Positions 1 to 10,365 of a stretch of 64,000 nt of DNA are shown here, piece by piece. The stretch is taken from the IMG/VR virus record IMGVR_UViG_3300031774_002347; one strand, written 5' to 3'. The notes beneath the pieces are model-generated. The model had not been told where the DNA came from. It saw nothing but the letters and a program-made list of their open reading frames with translations, and searched no databases. The number at the start of each line of letters is the position of its first letter. The stretch's first letter is position 1. The DNA is from an uncultured virus (IMG/VR IMGVR_UViG_3300031774_002347) (taxonomy: Duplodnaviria > Heunggongvirae > Uroviricota > Caudoviricetes). The translations under genes and the position numbers were made by a program.

Positions 1-174
1 GCAACAGATGAAAATGATTTTCTATTCTTTATTAATGGTCAATATATGGAACACGATGCTTTAACTATTCAACAAAGTGGTTCATCTTTCCTACTACAAG
101 TAGATACAGATGGAATCGGATACGAATTAGAAAGTGATGATGAGATTATATCGGTAGGTAAATTTAACTCATAG
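1..174 (+). CDS. 5'-truncated virion protein, C-terminus paralogous to the next ORF
   Basis: Frame 1 reads ATDENDFLFFINGQYMEHDALTIQQSGSSFLLQVDTDGIGYELESDDEIISVGKFNS*, which aligns with the end of 183..1028 (NDFQFFLNGMIMEPDAITIEQSGS...GKFNS*). Confidence 0.75.
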   Translation, partial: ATDENDFLFFINGQYMEHDALTIQQSGSSFLLQVDTDGIGYELESDDEIISVGKFNS

Positions 175-182
175 GGTAACAG

Positions 183-1028
183 ATGCCATTATTTACATTT
201 AAGAATCCACTCACACTATCAGATGGAACAGGTTTCACTTCATCTATCGATGAGGGAATGACTGGATTATCACCAGCAGTAAACGAACTAAGTATTGGAC
301 AAAATGTTGCCACAAGTTCGAATGTAACTTTCGGTGAAACCACACTTGATGAAACTAAAACATTTATTATTCCAAATAATGCTGGTACTCAAAATATGGT
401 TTTGGGATATGGATTCATATCAGGTTCAACCATAGAATTTACCAATGACCTTGTTGTTAGTGAGAATCATACACACGAAGATGATTTAACAATAATAGGT
501 TCAGTATCATATGGAGCATCAAATTTTAGTGGTTCATCAGTAACCACGATACATCAAAGTGGTAGTACAACATTAGGTGATTCTCTTGATGATGTACATA
601 ATATAACGGGTAGTTATTCCATTAGTGGTTCAATTAATATTAATGGTGTAGAAATAAATGAAATAAGTAATAATTCAGATTTTAGTGATGGTAATGCTAA
701 TGCACTTGTAACAGAAGCAGCAGCATATGTTGGGGTGTTGGGTGATACTGCAACTAATAATGTGTATCTTAGAAAAGTTTATGCAAAAAAAGGAACGATA
801 ACAAACTCAACCGCTTCATTTACAGCAGCAACTGCATCCGCAGGTACATTAACCACTACTACAAAAAATGATTTTCAATTCTTTTTAAATGGAATGATTA
901 TGGAACCAGATGCTATAACAATAGAACAGAGTGGTTCTACATTTTTAACTCATATAAATGCATCATCATTAGGATATAATTTAGGAAGTGATGATGAGGT
1001 AGTTGCTTGGGGAAAATTTAATTCATAA
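183..1028 (+). CDS. Ser/Thr/Gly-rich virion structural protein (fibre/baseplate-associated)
   Basis: 281 aa; shares the block GSTxxGDSxDDxHxxTGSxSISGS with 3817..4944; structural gene context. Confidence 0.55.
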   Translation: MPLFTFKNPLTLSDGTGFTSSIDEGMTGLSPAVNELSIGQNVATSSNVTFGETTLDETKTFIIPNNAGTQNMVLGYGFISGSTIEFTNDLVVSENHTHEDDLTIIGSVSYGASNFSGSSVTTIHQSGSTTLGDSLDDVHNITGSYSISGSININGVEINEISNNSDFSDGNANALVTEAAAYVGVLGDTATNNVYLRKVYAKKGTITNSTASFTAATASAGTLTTTTKNDFQFFLNGMIMEPDAITIEQSGSTFLTHINASSLGYNLGSDDEVVAWGKFNS

Positions 1029-1076
1029 ATATAGAGAATCCCACATTGGTTTTACCATTGTTTGATATTTATAAGT

Positions 1077-1352
1077 ATGAGAAAAAGACATTGGAAGAAT
1101 AGAAAAAACCGAAAGTGTCCATCTTGTAGTAAGATTTTAACTTATACAAGGAAAGATGCTTTTGATAGAGCAGTAGGTAATAATAGTGTGTGTAAATCGT
1201 GTGCACAGTCCGATAGGAAATTAACTTTGGATACGATTGAGAAGATGAAACAACCAAAATCTACACAACACAAGAAAAAGATTTCGAAATCAATTACAGA
1301 TTGGTGGGTAGAGAAAAAACAAGAAGATATAAGACATGGCATTAATAGATAG
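1077..1352 (+). CDS. Small Zn-ribbon + NUMOD3-like DNA-binding protein (homing-endonuclease-like remnant)
   Basis: CPSC...CKSC and basic helix TIEKMKQPKSTQHKKKISKS; no nuclease motif seen; ATG at 1077 preferred over the track start. Confidence 0.5.
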   Translation: MRKRHWKNRKNRKCPSCSKILTYTRKDAFDRAVGNNSVCKSCAQSDRKLTLDTIEKMKQPKSTQHKKKISKSITDWWVEKKQEDIRHGINR

Positions 1353-3807
1353 TAAACAATTAAATCCGAGACTGACTGGTTCATTTTCACTTAGTGGTTC
1401 ACTAAGTGGTGTGGATATTATACCCGCAGAAGCAATTGAGGGACAACTTGGTATATTCTCACCTACGGGTTCAATACAATCTACACACAATGATTTACAA
1501 GTTACTGGTTCATTGAATGTTCAATCTGATTTAACAGAAAGTGAACCAAGTTCTTCTACAGGTATAACCACAAATAATATTACAAATGGGTATCCTACAT
1601 CCAATGCATGGGGTACTGGTTTAGGTGGTAGTTACTTTAATAACTTTACATCTACTACGCATGTTAGTGAGATTTTAAGATTTATTGCGGGTGCAATGAG
1701 TCATAGTTTAGATGTATCAGATGCCGCACCAAATACAAAGTATTGGGATACAGTCAGTACATCACATACAGATGGAACTGAAATAAGTAAAAGTTCTTTA
1801 TTAAATGGAGTGTTGGGTTCTACATATGAAAATGGTAGATTAAGTAATAGTTGGACTGGTTCGGCATTCATTGATATGGCTGAAACTGGTTCTTACAAAT
1901 TAGCACTTGATTATTTAGAGTTAAAGGGATGGGTACAATCGAGTGATAGAGGAACGAATGATAATGATGTAGGAACAAATCCATTTCACGGAAGTTACGC
2001 ATCAAGGATTCCATCATCAAATATTACCACACAAGCAACATTTGGTACACTTACAAACACTATAACTGCAAATGCAGGTGGTAGTACAGGTGTAAGTAGT
2101 AATAGTAATTACTTTGGATTAGGAACATTAACAAGTGGAGGACCTACTGCATTTTCAGTTAGGGTTATAGCATCACAATCATATAGTGATAATTATGCTG
2201 ATTCCACACCTGATAAAAGTTCAACATTTCATACATCATCGTTTGTAGATTATACACAAAGTTCATTTGGTACATCAAATGGTTTGATACTAAGTAAAAT
2301 AGTAACATCACAACCTGCAGTTATTCCATCAGCGTATCAAGATGGAGATTTCAATAGTGTTGCAGGACCAATTAGTGGTAGAAAATATACAGGTGGTGCA
2401 ACAACATCTACAAATATATCTGCAAGTGGATATTATAAATTAGATGATATTGTGGTTGGATTAAAAACAGGTTCACAGAGTGATTTTGTATATAAAGATG
2501 GTACAGATGGAACAACAAGATTTTATTTATACACAGGTGGATTAACAACCGATATTACTGATGGTGCACCGACAGTAGCAGTTACAAGTTCTTTAAGTAG
2601 AACAAGTTTCTCTGCCACATCAAGAAGTTTAAGTGGAGCACCATATCTATTAACCACGAGTTATGGATATAGTTTTGTATCAGAGGTAAGTAAATCCTTT
2701 GACCCAGTATTTGGATATGGAACATCAGTAATGGTAAATTCAAAACCAACAGATACTTGGGATAATATAGGTTCAACATCAATAAGTAATACAACCACGA
2801 CTGTAAATAATAGTGGTGTATCATCAACAGGTGCAAATAATTATGTAATTGATAGAACAAAAACCACAAAGAGAAGTAGTGGTGATGACCCACAAATATC
2901 TGATATCGCAGTTGCAAGTTCTTCATTCACTTTTTCACTTGATAGTAATAGTGAAAATGTTGGACAAAATAGAACAAGTAACAATACTTTAAATTATAGT
3001 TTAACATTTAGAGCGACTGGTAGAAATTGGAAGAACTCAAGTGTAACTGATACCACACCAGCACAAAGTTTTTATGATGCAACTCTATTTGGACAACCAG
3101 CATCAAGTGGTAGTATGGCAATTTATAGTAGAGCACAAGGATATGATGGTGGTAGTTTGACTGGAACAAGTGAGGCATTTACGGGAGAAGATTTTAGAAT
3201 AGTATTAGCAGATAATGTAACTGCATTTAATGGAGCATATTTCACAACAGACTCATTCCAAACGAATGATGAGGGAGATTCAGTTCTCGGTGATTATGAT
3301 TTACAAGTAAAACCAGGTTACTTAGTAGAACCTGGTGGTTCTTATGGATATTGGTTTCCAGAAGATTTTGGTAGTGGAACATACAAATATTATATTAGAA
3401 GATTTCAAGATGGTAGTACGAGAACAAGTATGACAGTTAATGTGGGTAAAACATTAGTGAATTGGAACTCTACATCAAGTGGTGTAGCAGTTGGATTAAT
3501 ATTTAAGAGTGGTACGAGTGCAGGGAGTAATACAAGTATTACAAATTGTAGAATATATGACCCGAGTGCAACTACAAGTAACTTGATATCTGCAGGAGTA
3601 TCAAATGATAATCATATTAATCCATTTAGTTCCAATATAGATTTATATGGAAATACAGGTGGTAGTATATCATCGACCACTTATACTGTCCCAATGAGAA
3701 ATGCAGATGGGATGTATTTAGATTCAAGTGATAATGAACTTTATGTAGTAGTTAGATATAAGGGTGACCAATCACCAGTAACTTCAATATCATTGGCGTT
3801 TAGTTAG
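1336..3807 (+). CDS. Large Ser/Thr/Gly-rich virion protein (tail fibre/appendage-like)
   Basis: 823 aa, beta-rich S/T/G composition, structural module. Confidence 0.55.
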   Translation: MALIDSKQLNPRLTGSFSLSGSLSGVDIIPAEAIEGQLGIFSPTGSIQSTHNDLQVTGSLNVQSDLTESEPSSSTGITTNNITNGYPTSNAWGTGLGGSYFNNFTSTTHVSEILRFIAGAMSHSLDVSDAAPNTKYWDTVSTSHTDGTEISKSSLLNGVLGSTYENGRLSNSWTGSAFIDMAETGSYKLALDYLELKGWVQSSDRGTNDNDVGTNPFHGSYASRIPSSNITTQATFGTLTNTITANAGGSTGVSSNSNYFGLGTLTSGGPTAFSVRVIASQSYSDNYADSTPDKSSTFHTSSFVDYTQSSFGTSNGLILSKIVTSQPAVIPSAYQDGDFNSVAGPISGRKYTGGATTSTNISASGYYKLDDIVVGLKTGSQSDFVYKDGTDGTTRFYLYTGGLTTDITDGAPTVAVTSSLSRTSFSATSRSLSGAPYLLTTSYGYSFVSEVSKSFDPVFGYGTSVMVNSKPTDTWDNIGSTSISNTTTTVNNSGVSSTGANNYVIDRTKTTKRSSGDDPQISDIAVASSSFTFSLDSNSENVGQNRTSNNTLNYSLTFRATGRNWKNSSVTDTTPAQSFYDATLFGQPASSGSMAIYSRAQGYDGGSLTGTSEAFTGEDFRIVLADNVTAFNGAYFTTDSFQTNDEGDSVLGDYDLQVKPGYLVEPGGSYGYWFPEDFGSGTYKYYIRRFQDGSTRTSMTVNVGKTLVNWNSTSSGVAVGLIFKSGTSAGSNTSITNCRIYDPSATTSNLISAGVSNDNHINPFSSNIDLYGNTGGSISSTTYTVPMRNADGMYLDSSDNELYVVVRYKGDQSPVTSISLAFS

Positions 3808-3816
3808 AGATAAATT

Positions 3817-4944
3817 ATGGCAATAAATAACGAAAAAAAATCAAATAGATTACTCGGTGGAAGAAGATATACGAGTGCTGATTTAAATACTTCACAAGAA
3901 GCATTTACAGAGGTATTGGATTTAAGAGCATCGGAGATTTATACACAAGGGCATCTAATACCAGAAAGTAATTTACCATTTAGTGGAAGTTCTCAAAGTG
4001 GAATTACATATAAAGTTGGTGGTAATGATATATTAAAATATTGGTACAGATTCAGATTAACTAAATCTAATGTTGATGAGGATGCTTGGTTTTTTATTTC
4101 ACCTACGGGTAGTGCAAGTGGTGTAACACCGCAGTTGATTCAAGATGGACAACAAACAAACTTTATATCACCAAAATATTCAATCGCTTCATTAGCAAAT
4201 GCTAATACAGAAGATACAACACCTGGATATGGTGTTAGAGTGTATGCTTCAACATCAACCAATAGTGGTTCTTTAGGTGGTGGAGATGTTATATCAGGTA
4301 ATGATTATCAGTTTGATTATAAAACTGGTGTATTACAATTTGATTCTGCAAGAAGTTCAAATGAAATAGTTTATATGAGTGTTTATCAGTATGTTGGTAC
4401 AACACTTGCAACAGGTTTAGAAGTAGATGGTAATATCACCGCTAATCAATATATTGTAAGTTCATCAGTAACTTATATGACTTCATCTTTTTCAAGTGGT
4501 TCTACAATATTTGGAGATTCAGTAGATGATACACACCAATTTACAGGTAGTGTTAGTATTAGTGGTTCAATACTACCAACACAAGATGATTTAATAGATT
4601 TAGGAAGTTCAACATTTGAATGGAAAGATTTACATTTAGATGGTACTGCAAATATAGATACATTAAGTTTAACCGATGGGTTTACTTATAATGGAGTATC
4701 ATTTAATACAAGTGGAAGTGGAGCAGCAACTGGTTTACAAGTTACTGGTTCTAACTTCCAATTCAGAGCTAATAATCCTGATAATTTATTCACTTTGAAA
4801 AATTCAAGTGATGAGATAGCAGTACAAATAGATGATAAAGTAATAATTTTAGGTGAACCTACTTCAGTACCTACCGCAATTAAGGGTGGTATGTATTATA
4901 GTAGTTCTGCGTGGTTTTTAGGGTATGAAAACTCACCAACTTAA
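3817..4944 (+). CDS. Virion structural protein (fibre-associated)
   Basis: 375 aa; YQFDYKTGVLQF segment and DLGSSTFEWKDLHLDG fibre-type repeat. Confidence 0.55.
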   Translation: MAINNEKKSNRLLGGRRYTSADLNTSQEAFTEVLDLRASEIYTQGHLIPESNLPFSGSSQSGITYKVGGNDILKYWYRFRLTKSNVDEDAWFFISPTGSASGVTPQLIQDGQQTNFISPKYSIASLANANTEDTTPGYGVRVYASTSTNSGSLGGGDVISGNDYQFDYKTGVLQFDSARSSNEIVYMSVYQYVGTTLATGLEVDGNITANQYIVSSSVTYMTSSFSSGSTIFGDSVDDTHQFTGSVSISGSILPTQDDLIDLGSSTFEWKDLHLDGTANIDTLSLTDGFTYNGVSFNTSGSGAATGLQVTGSNFQFRANNPDNLFTLKNSSDEIAVQIDDKVIILGEPTSVPTAIKGGMYYSSSAWFLGYENSPT

Positions 4945-4987
4945 TATTTATAAATGATAAGAAAAAGCCTTAAATAGGAGAATTTAA

Positions 4988-6385
4988 ATGGCACAATGGA
5001 GAAAAGTAGTAGTATCAGGTTCATCACCCGAATTCGCGGTGGTGAGTGCATCATCTGATATTCATGCTACGGGAAATATAAAGACAGTTGGAGATTTGAC
5101 TGTTGCAGGTGGAGATATAGTACTTGGAACAACAAGTATATTTTCAGGTGGAGATACCACTTCCCTAAATAATATCGATGCAATAGATACAACTACTGAA
5201 AATACAATTGAAGCCGCATTAGATACTCTTAGTAATGTAACAACAGTCGGTGCTTTAGATGCAGGAAGCATAACGAGTAATTTTGGTTCAATAAATAATG
5301 GTTCTTCCGCAATTACTACGACTGGTACAATTACAGGTGAACAAATAACTTCTACCGATGATATAACAGCAGCTGGAACAATTAGTGGTTCAGTACTTAA
5401 TGCTGATACAATCGGACAGAACAGAGTTGATGGTATAAAAACAATTACGATAGAAGCAAATTCTACAATTAACCAAGATGTTAGTTCAGATGCAATAGTT
5501 CAATTTGCTTCAGTTAGTGCTTCTGCAAATATACAAGCAGTAGGATATGTAAGTGCATCTTCAATAAATGTTCAAGGAGCAGCAGATTTTGATTCCTTAA
5601 CATTAGATACACAATTAGCAGTAGCAGAGGGTGGAACTGGTGCAACATCATTAACCGATAAAGCAGTATTAATTTCACAAGATAGTGGAACAGATGCAGT
5701 CGGTTCATTAGCATTGACTGGAAATGGTGAAATTATAGTTGGTGGAACAAATGGACCAGCAGTTGAAGCAGCAGCAGATGTTGCAGGGACTGGTTTAGAT
5801 GCCGCAGTTGGTGATGGAACATTAGCAATTAATGTTGCAGCAGCACAAACAAGTATTACTTCGATTATAAACTCATCATTGGGTAAAATCGGAACAGCAG
5901 CAGACCAAGAATATATTGATTTCGGTACATCAAATGAGGTAAACACTAAAATTGGTAATTCAGAAATTCATAGTGTAACTGCCGATGGTGTAGATATAAC
6001 TGGTGCAGTTACTATTAGTGGTAACTTGGATGTTAATGGTTCATTGACGACAATCGATAGTACTAACTTGAGAGTTGCAGATAGATTTATCTACGCATCA
6101 AGTGGTTCAACGAGTGGAGATGGTGGTTTAATAATCGGAACTGGTGCAAATGGTATTGGTACAGCAATCGGATATGATGATAGTGTTAAGAGATGGGGAT
6201 TAACCAAAGAAGATGACACTGCTCACGATGCTACAGCAATCGCACCAAGACAATATGTTGTTTCGGTTAGTGGTTCTGCAACAGCACCAAGTACAAATCC
6301 ACACGATTTTGGAACAGCAGCTGGAGATAGAATTGGTATGATGCACGTCAATACTGATAATGGGGAAATTTGGATTTATAGTTAA
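4988..6385 (+). CDS. Tail fibre-like protein
   Basis: 465 aa; LAVAEGGTGATS and ISGNLDVNGSLTTIDSTNL fibre motifs; SD AGGAG. Confidence 0.65.
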   Translation: MAQWRKVVVSGSSPEFAVVSASSDIHATGNIKTVGDLTVAGGDIVLGTTSIFSGGDTTSLNNIDAIDTTTENTIEAALDTLSNVTTVGALDAGSITSNFGSINNGSSAITTTGTITGEQITSTDDITAAGTISGSVLNADTIGQNRVDGIKTITIEANSTINQDVSSDAIVQFASVSASANIQAVGYVSASSINVQGAADFDSLTLDTQLAVAEGGTGATSLTDKAVLISQDSGTDAVGSLALTGNGEIIVGGTNGPAVEAAADVAGTGLDAAVGDGTLAINVAAAQTSITSIINSSLGKIGTAADQEYIDFGTSNEVNTKIGNSEIHSVTADGVDITGAVTISGNLDVNGSLTTIDSTNLRVADRFIYASSGSTSGDGGLIIGTGANGIGTAIGYDDSVKRWGLTKEDDTAHDATAIAPRQYVVSVSGSATAPSTNPHDFGTAAGDRIGMMHVNTDNGEIWIYS

Positions 6386-6400
6386 AACAAGTGAGGTTAT

Positions 6401-6691
6401 ATGGCGATAAGAGCTAAGGAAGTAAAAACTATTGTTAATGAAGTGGCAAAGTTTAAAAAAGATGAAATAGAGTTTTTGTTTGAGTTAATTAAAAACTCTA
6501 TGATTCCAGGTCAACATTTGGGTATTGCAATGGATATTGTTAATAAGTTAAAATCTCAATACCAATTGTTAAATAGAAAGGGTGCTGTAGTTAAGACAAC
6601 TAAAAGTACTAAAGATGTAGTAAGGGAAGAAGTAGAAAAAGTTCAACAAGAGATTAAAGAAGAAGATGGTGAACTTTTTATTAAAGAATAA
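6401..6691 (+). CDS. Hypothetical protein (possible fibre assembly chaperone)
   Basis: 96 aa helical protein between fibre genes. Confidence 0.45.
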   Translation: MAIRAKEVKTIVNEVAKFKKDEIEFLFELIKNSMIPGQHLGIAMDIVNKLKSQYQLLNRKGAVVKTTKSTKDVVREEVEKVQQEIKEEDGELFIKE

Positions 6692-6763
6692 CTTTATTGG
6701 CCTATTGTTTGGCGACAATAGGAAGTGGGCCGAAAGGTAACCAACCATAAGGAGATGAATTAA

Positions 6764-7495
6764 ATGCCAAATTGGAAAAAAGTAATAGTATCGGGCTCAA
6801 ATGCTCATTTAAGTTCGGTTACATCGAGTTTATTTCACACTAATCCAGATGAAAATGATTTAGTATTTGATGCTGCAGGAGATATTATATTAGATGCCGA
6901 TGGTACTGATATTATATTAAAGGATGGTGGAACTGAGTTTGGTAGATTTAAAAGAGACTCTTCTGATTTTGTTATAAAATCCGCAACAAACGATAAAGAT
7001 ATAGTTTTTAGAGGTGAAGATGGTGGTTCAACTATAACTGCACTTACATTAGATATGTCAGAAGCTGGACATGCACTATTTACTGGTGATGTAAGTGGTT
7101 CAAACATTAGAGCAAGTGGAGATGTTATAGCATATAATTCATCCGATGAAAGATTAAAAGATAATATAACCTACATAGGAAAACCATTAGAAAAGTTACA
7201 CAAGATTGGTGGGTATGAATTTGATTGGAATGAAAAGCAAGATATACATACAGGTAACGATGTTGGGGTTTTAGCTCAAGAAATTGAAGCCATTTTACCA
7301 TCTGCAGTTTCCGACCGAGATACTGGTTTTAAAGGAGTTCAGTATCACAAGATAATTCCACTATTAGTTGAGGGAATCAAGGAATTAAATAAAAAAGTCG
7401 ACCACCTTGAAAATCTTTTAGAAGAAAAAAATAGCACTGATAGAAAAATGACCCGTCTTGCAAGTGCAGTGAGAAAATTAAAGCAAAAAAAGTAG
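6764..7495 (+). CDS. Short fibre protein with C-terminal peptidase S74-type intramolecular chaperone
   Basis: SSDERLKDNI...YEFDWN...VGVLAQEIEAILP...VQYHKIIPLLVEGIKEL followed by a coiled coil. Confidence 0.85.
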   Translation: MPNWKKVIVSGSNAHLSSVTSSLFHTNPDENDLVFDAAGDIILDADGTDIILKDGGTEFGRFKRDSSDFVIKSATNDKDIVFRGEDGGSTITALTLDMSEAGHALFTGDVSGSNIRASGDVIAYNSSDERLKDNITYIGKPLEKLHKIGGYEFDWNEKQDIHTGNDVGVLAQEIEAILPSAVSDRDTGFKGVQYHKIIPLLVEGIKELNKKVDHLENLLEEKNSTDRKMTRLASAVRKLKQKK

Positions 7496-7561
7496 TATTT
7501 AGAGTTATACATTTATATTTATATACAACCGAATTAAACATATTAATAAAGGAGTTATGTT

Positions 7562-7861
7562 ATGGCTGAAAAGCAAAACAAGGTAGATGAAACAAAAATC
7601 GTATTTTCAGATGATGAAATAAAATCACTTGAAGATTTGCGTACAGGATATAACACCATCCAAAATGATTTTGGTGTAATTAAAGTTCGTAAGATTTTGT
7701 TAAATCAGCAACTTGATAACTTGGAACAAACTGAGATAGAGTTAGAGACAAGATATGCTGAAAATCAACAAACAGAACAAAAGTTAGTTAAAGACCTTAA
7801 CGAAAAGTATGGTGCTGGTAATTTAGACATCAATACTGGTGAATTTACACCAAATAGTTAA
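7562..7861 (+). CDS. Coiled-coil hypothetical phage protein
   Basis: 99 aa ending KYGAGNLDINTGEF; SD AGGAG. Confidence 0.55.
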   Translation: MAEKQNKVDETKIVFSDDEIKSLEDLRTGYNTIQNDFGVIKVRKILLNQQLDNLEQTEIELETRYAENQQTEQKLVKDLNEKYGAGNLDINTGEFTPNS

Positions 7862-7960
7862 GATTTTTCTCTAAGCTGATATCGTTTGAGGATTTTGCTT
7901 TATACTTATAAAGTGTATAGTTTTATCTATTACGATTAATCAATAAATAGGAGAATGACC

Positions 7961-10300
7961 ATGGCAGAGAGAATAGTCTCACCAGGTGTATTTACGAGAG
8001 AAAAAGATTTATCTTTTTTACCACAAGGTATTGCTGATATTGGAGCTGCAATTATTGGACCGACAGTTAAAGGTCCAGCATTTGTTCCAACACAAGTAAC
8101 AAGTTTTTCGGAATTTGAAAATATCTTTGGTGGATTAGATACAAGATTTTATGTACCTTACACCGTCCAAGAATATATAAAGAATGCTCCTACCGTCACT
8201 ATAGTCCGTGTATTAGGAATTGGTGGATATAAACATTCTGCAGTTAGAGTTAACTTATCAAGTTCACTCGGAACATTTACTGCAGCAGTTTTAAAACCAT
8301 CAAGACTAAGTAATACATTGGATTTAGGTGGTGTAACAAGTGCATCTTTAGCAGCAGGAGCTGATTTTGTAGAGGGTTCTATCACATTAGGTAGTGCATC
8401 TGCAAAAACAATTAGTTTCCAAACGGGTTCTGATAATTATATCGAAAAAGTATTCGGTACAGACCCACAAACAACGAATACAAATGTATATGTGTATAAA
8501 TCATTCAAAAAATTCCATTCAAGTAATGGATTTGATGCGACTGTAAGTATGAGTTTAGTCTCATCTTCAGAAGCAAATGGTGATGATTTTACTCACGATT
8601 ACAAAGTAGCAACTACACCTTATCTTGTTTCACAATTAAGTGGTGGTGCTAGAAAGAATTTATTTAAAGTTAATACTCGTTCGCATGGTACGAATGTAAA
8701 TGATGATTTCAAAATTGCAATTGCAGATTTGACAACAGCAGCAAATGTACCTGGTTCTGATTATGGTTCTTTTGCACTTCGTGTATTAAGAAATAATCCA
8801 GGCGAAAACAATGATGGTGAAGTTTTAGAAGAGTTCACTAATCTTAGCTTTGACCCAGATTCAATAAACTTTGTACCAAGAGCAATTGGAGATAGATATG
8901 TAACTATCGATTCAGAAGGCAAACTTACCTATAATGGTGATTGGCCAAATCAATCAGTTCATATTTATATTAGTGATTATACTACAAATCTTGAGGGAAT
9001 AGCATCAGACCTATTACCACACGGATTTGGAGCAGCATCTAATCCAGTTCTCGGTACAACACAAATCCCAAGTGCAAGTTTTGTTTCACAACAGACTAAC
9101 ACTCTTGGTGTATTTGACCAGAATGTTTATTATGGTTGGGATTTCTCAAATTCTGATAACAAAGCGTTCTTAGCTCCAATACCTGCAAGTGCTGGTGTTG
9201 GTAATAATGCAGTGTTCAGTTTAGAGAATATGTTAGGACATGCGGATGCAACAACAATTGGAGATACTCAAGAATCTACAGCAGCAGAGGCAATTACATT
9301 AGCTCTATCAGCGAAAGCTCAGAGAAAATTCGTAGTTCCTTTCCAAGCAGGATTTGATGGGGATGACCCGACTGTATTGAAAGCAACTGGTAATGATATC
9401 TCTGCAACTAACCAACAAGGTTTAGATTGTAGTGGTACTAATGCTAGTGGTTCAATTGCATACAAACGAGCAATTAATGCTGTATCAAACCCAGATGAGT
9501 TTGATATTAACTTAATGGTAACACCTGGTATTATACACGAATATCACAATTCCGTTTCAAACCACGCTATTTCAAAAGTAGAAGCTCGTGCAGATGCTTT
9601 TTATGTAATGGATGGTTCAAGATGGGGTAGAAGTGTAGCAAATGCGATAAACGATATTAAAACTATCGATTCGAATTATGCTGGTGTATATTACCCGTGG
9701 GTTAAGATACTTGATTCAGTAAAGAATAAACCAATGTGGGTTCCGCCATCAGTAGTGATACCTGGTGTGATTAGTTTCACAGATAGTGTAGCACACGAAT
9801 GGTTTGCTCCAGCTGGTTTAAACAGAGGTGGATTGAGTTCAGTATTGGAAGCAAAAACAAGACTAACACATACAGAACGAGATGATTTGTATGAAGGTCG
9901 TTTGAATCCAATCGCTTCATTCCCAGGTCAAGGTGTAGTAGTTTTCGGACAGAAAACACTTCAAGGTAAACCAAGTGCACTTGATAGAATCAATGTACGA
10001 AGATTGTTAATCAGACTTCGTAAGTTCATTGCTTCATCTTCAAGATACTTAGTATTTGAACAAAACACAGCAGCAACAAGAAACAGATTCTTAGGAATCG
10101 TTAATCCTTTCTTAGCGAGTGTTCAATCAAATAGTGGTTTAAGTGCATTTAAAGTAGTAATGGATGATTCTAACAACACACCAGATGTTGTTGATAGAAA
10201 TCAGTTAGTAGGTCAGATATTTATTCAACCTACAAGAACTGCAGAGTTCATTGTACTTGACTTTGTAATACAACCAACAGGTGCAGCATTTCCTGAATAA
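7961..10300 (+). CDS. Contractile tail sheath protein (T4 gp18-like)
   Basis: SPGVFTREKDLS N-terminus; YYPWV, WFAPAGLNRG, VFGQKTLQ, DRINVRRL, IQPTRTAEFI; ATG 7961 spaced best from the SD. Confidence 0.95.
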   Translation: MAERIVSPGVFTREKDLSFLPQGIADIGAAIIGPTVKGPAFVPTQVTSFSEFENIFGGLDTRFYVPYTVQEYIKNAPTVTIVRVLGIGGYKHSAVRVNLSSSLGTFTAAVLKPSRLSNTLDLGGVTSASLAAGADFVEGSITLGSASAKTISFQTGSDNYIEKVFGTDPQTTNTNVYVYKSFKKFHSSNGFDATVSMSLVSSSEANGDDFTHDYKVATTPYLVSQLSGGARKNLFKVNTRSHGTNVNDDFKIAIADLTTAANVPGSDYGSFALRVLRNNPGENNDGEVLEEFTNLSFDPDSINFVPRAIGDRYVTIDSEGKLTYNGDWPNQSVHIYISDYTTNLEGIASDLLPHGFGAASNPVLGTTQIPSASFVSQQTNTLGVFDQNVYYGWDFSNSDNKAFLAPIPASAGVGNNAVFSLENMLGHADATTIGDTQESTAAEAITLALSAKAQRKFVVPFQAGFDGDDPTVLKATGNDISATNQQGLDCSGTNASGSIAYKRAINAVSNPDEFDINLMVTPGIIHEYHNSVSNHAISKVEARADAFYVMDGSRWGRSVANAINDIKTIDSNYAGVYYPWVKILDSVKNKPMWVPPSVVIPGVISFTDSVAHEWFAPAGLNRGGLSSVLEAKTRLTHTERDDLYEGRLNPIASFPGQGVVVFGQKTLQGKPSALDRINVRRLLIRLRKFIASSSRYLVFEQNTAATRNRFLGIVNPFLASVQSNSGLSAFKVVMDDSNNTPDVVDRNQLVGQIFIQPTRTAEFIVLDFVIQPTGAAFPE

Positions 10301-10327
10301 GTTTAACTTATAAAATCGCTTATACGA

Positions 10328-10365
10328 AAAACCCACACTCTTAATTGAATGTGGGTTTTTCTTTT
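10328..10365. terminator. Bidirectional intrinsic terminator
   Basis: AAAACCCACA-loop-TGTGGGTTTT between the convergent sheath gene and the minus-strand island. Confidence 0.75.

Noticed and set aside
1..7495. Diversity-generating retroelement acting on fibre genes
   Set aside because: Paralogous segments differ at all base types, and there is no reverse transcriptase in the window
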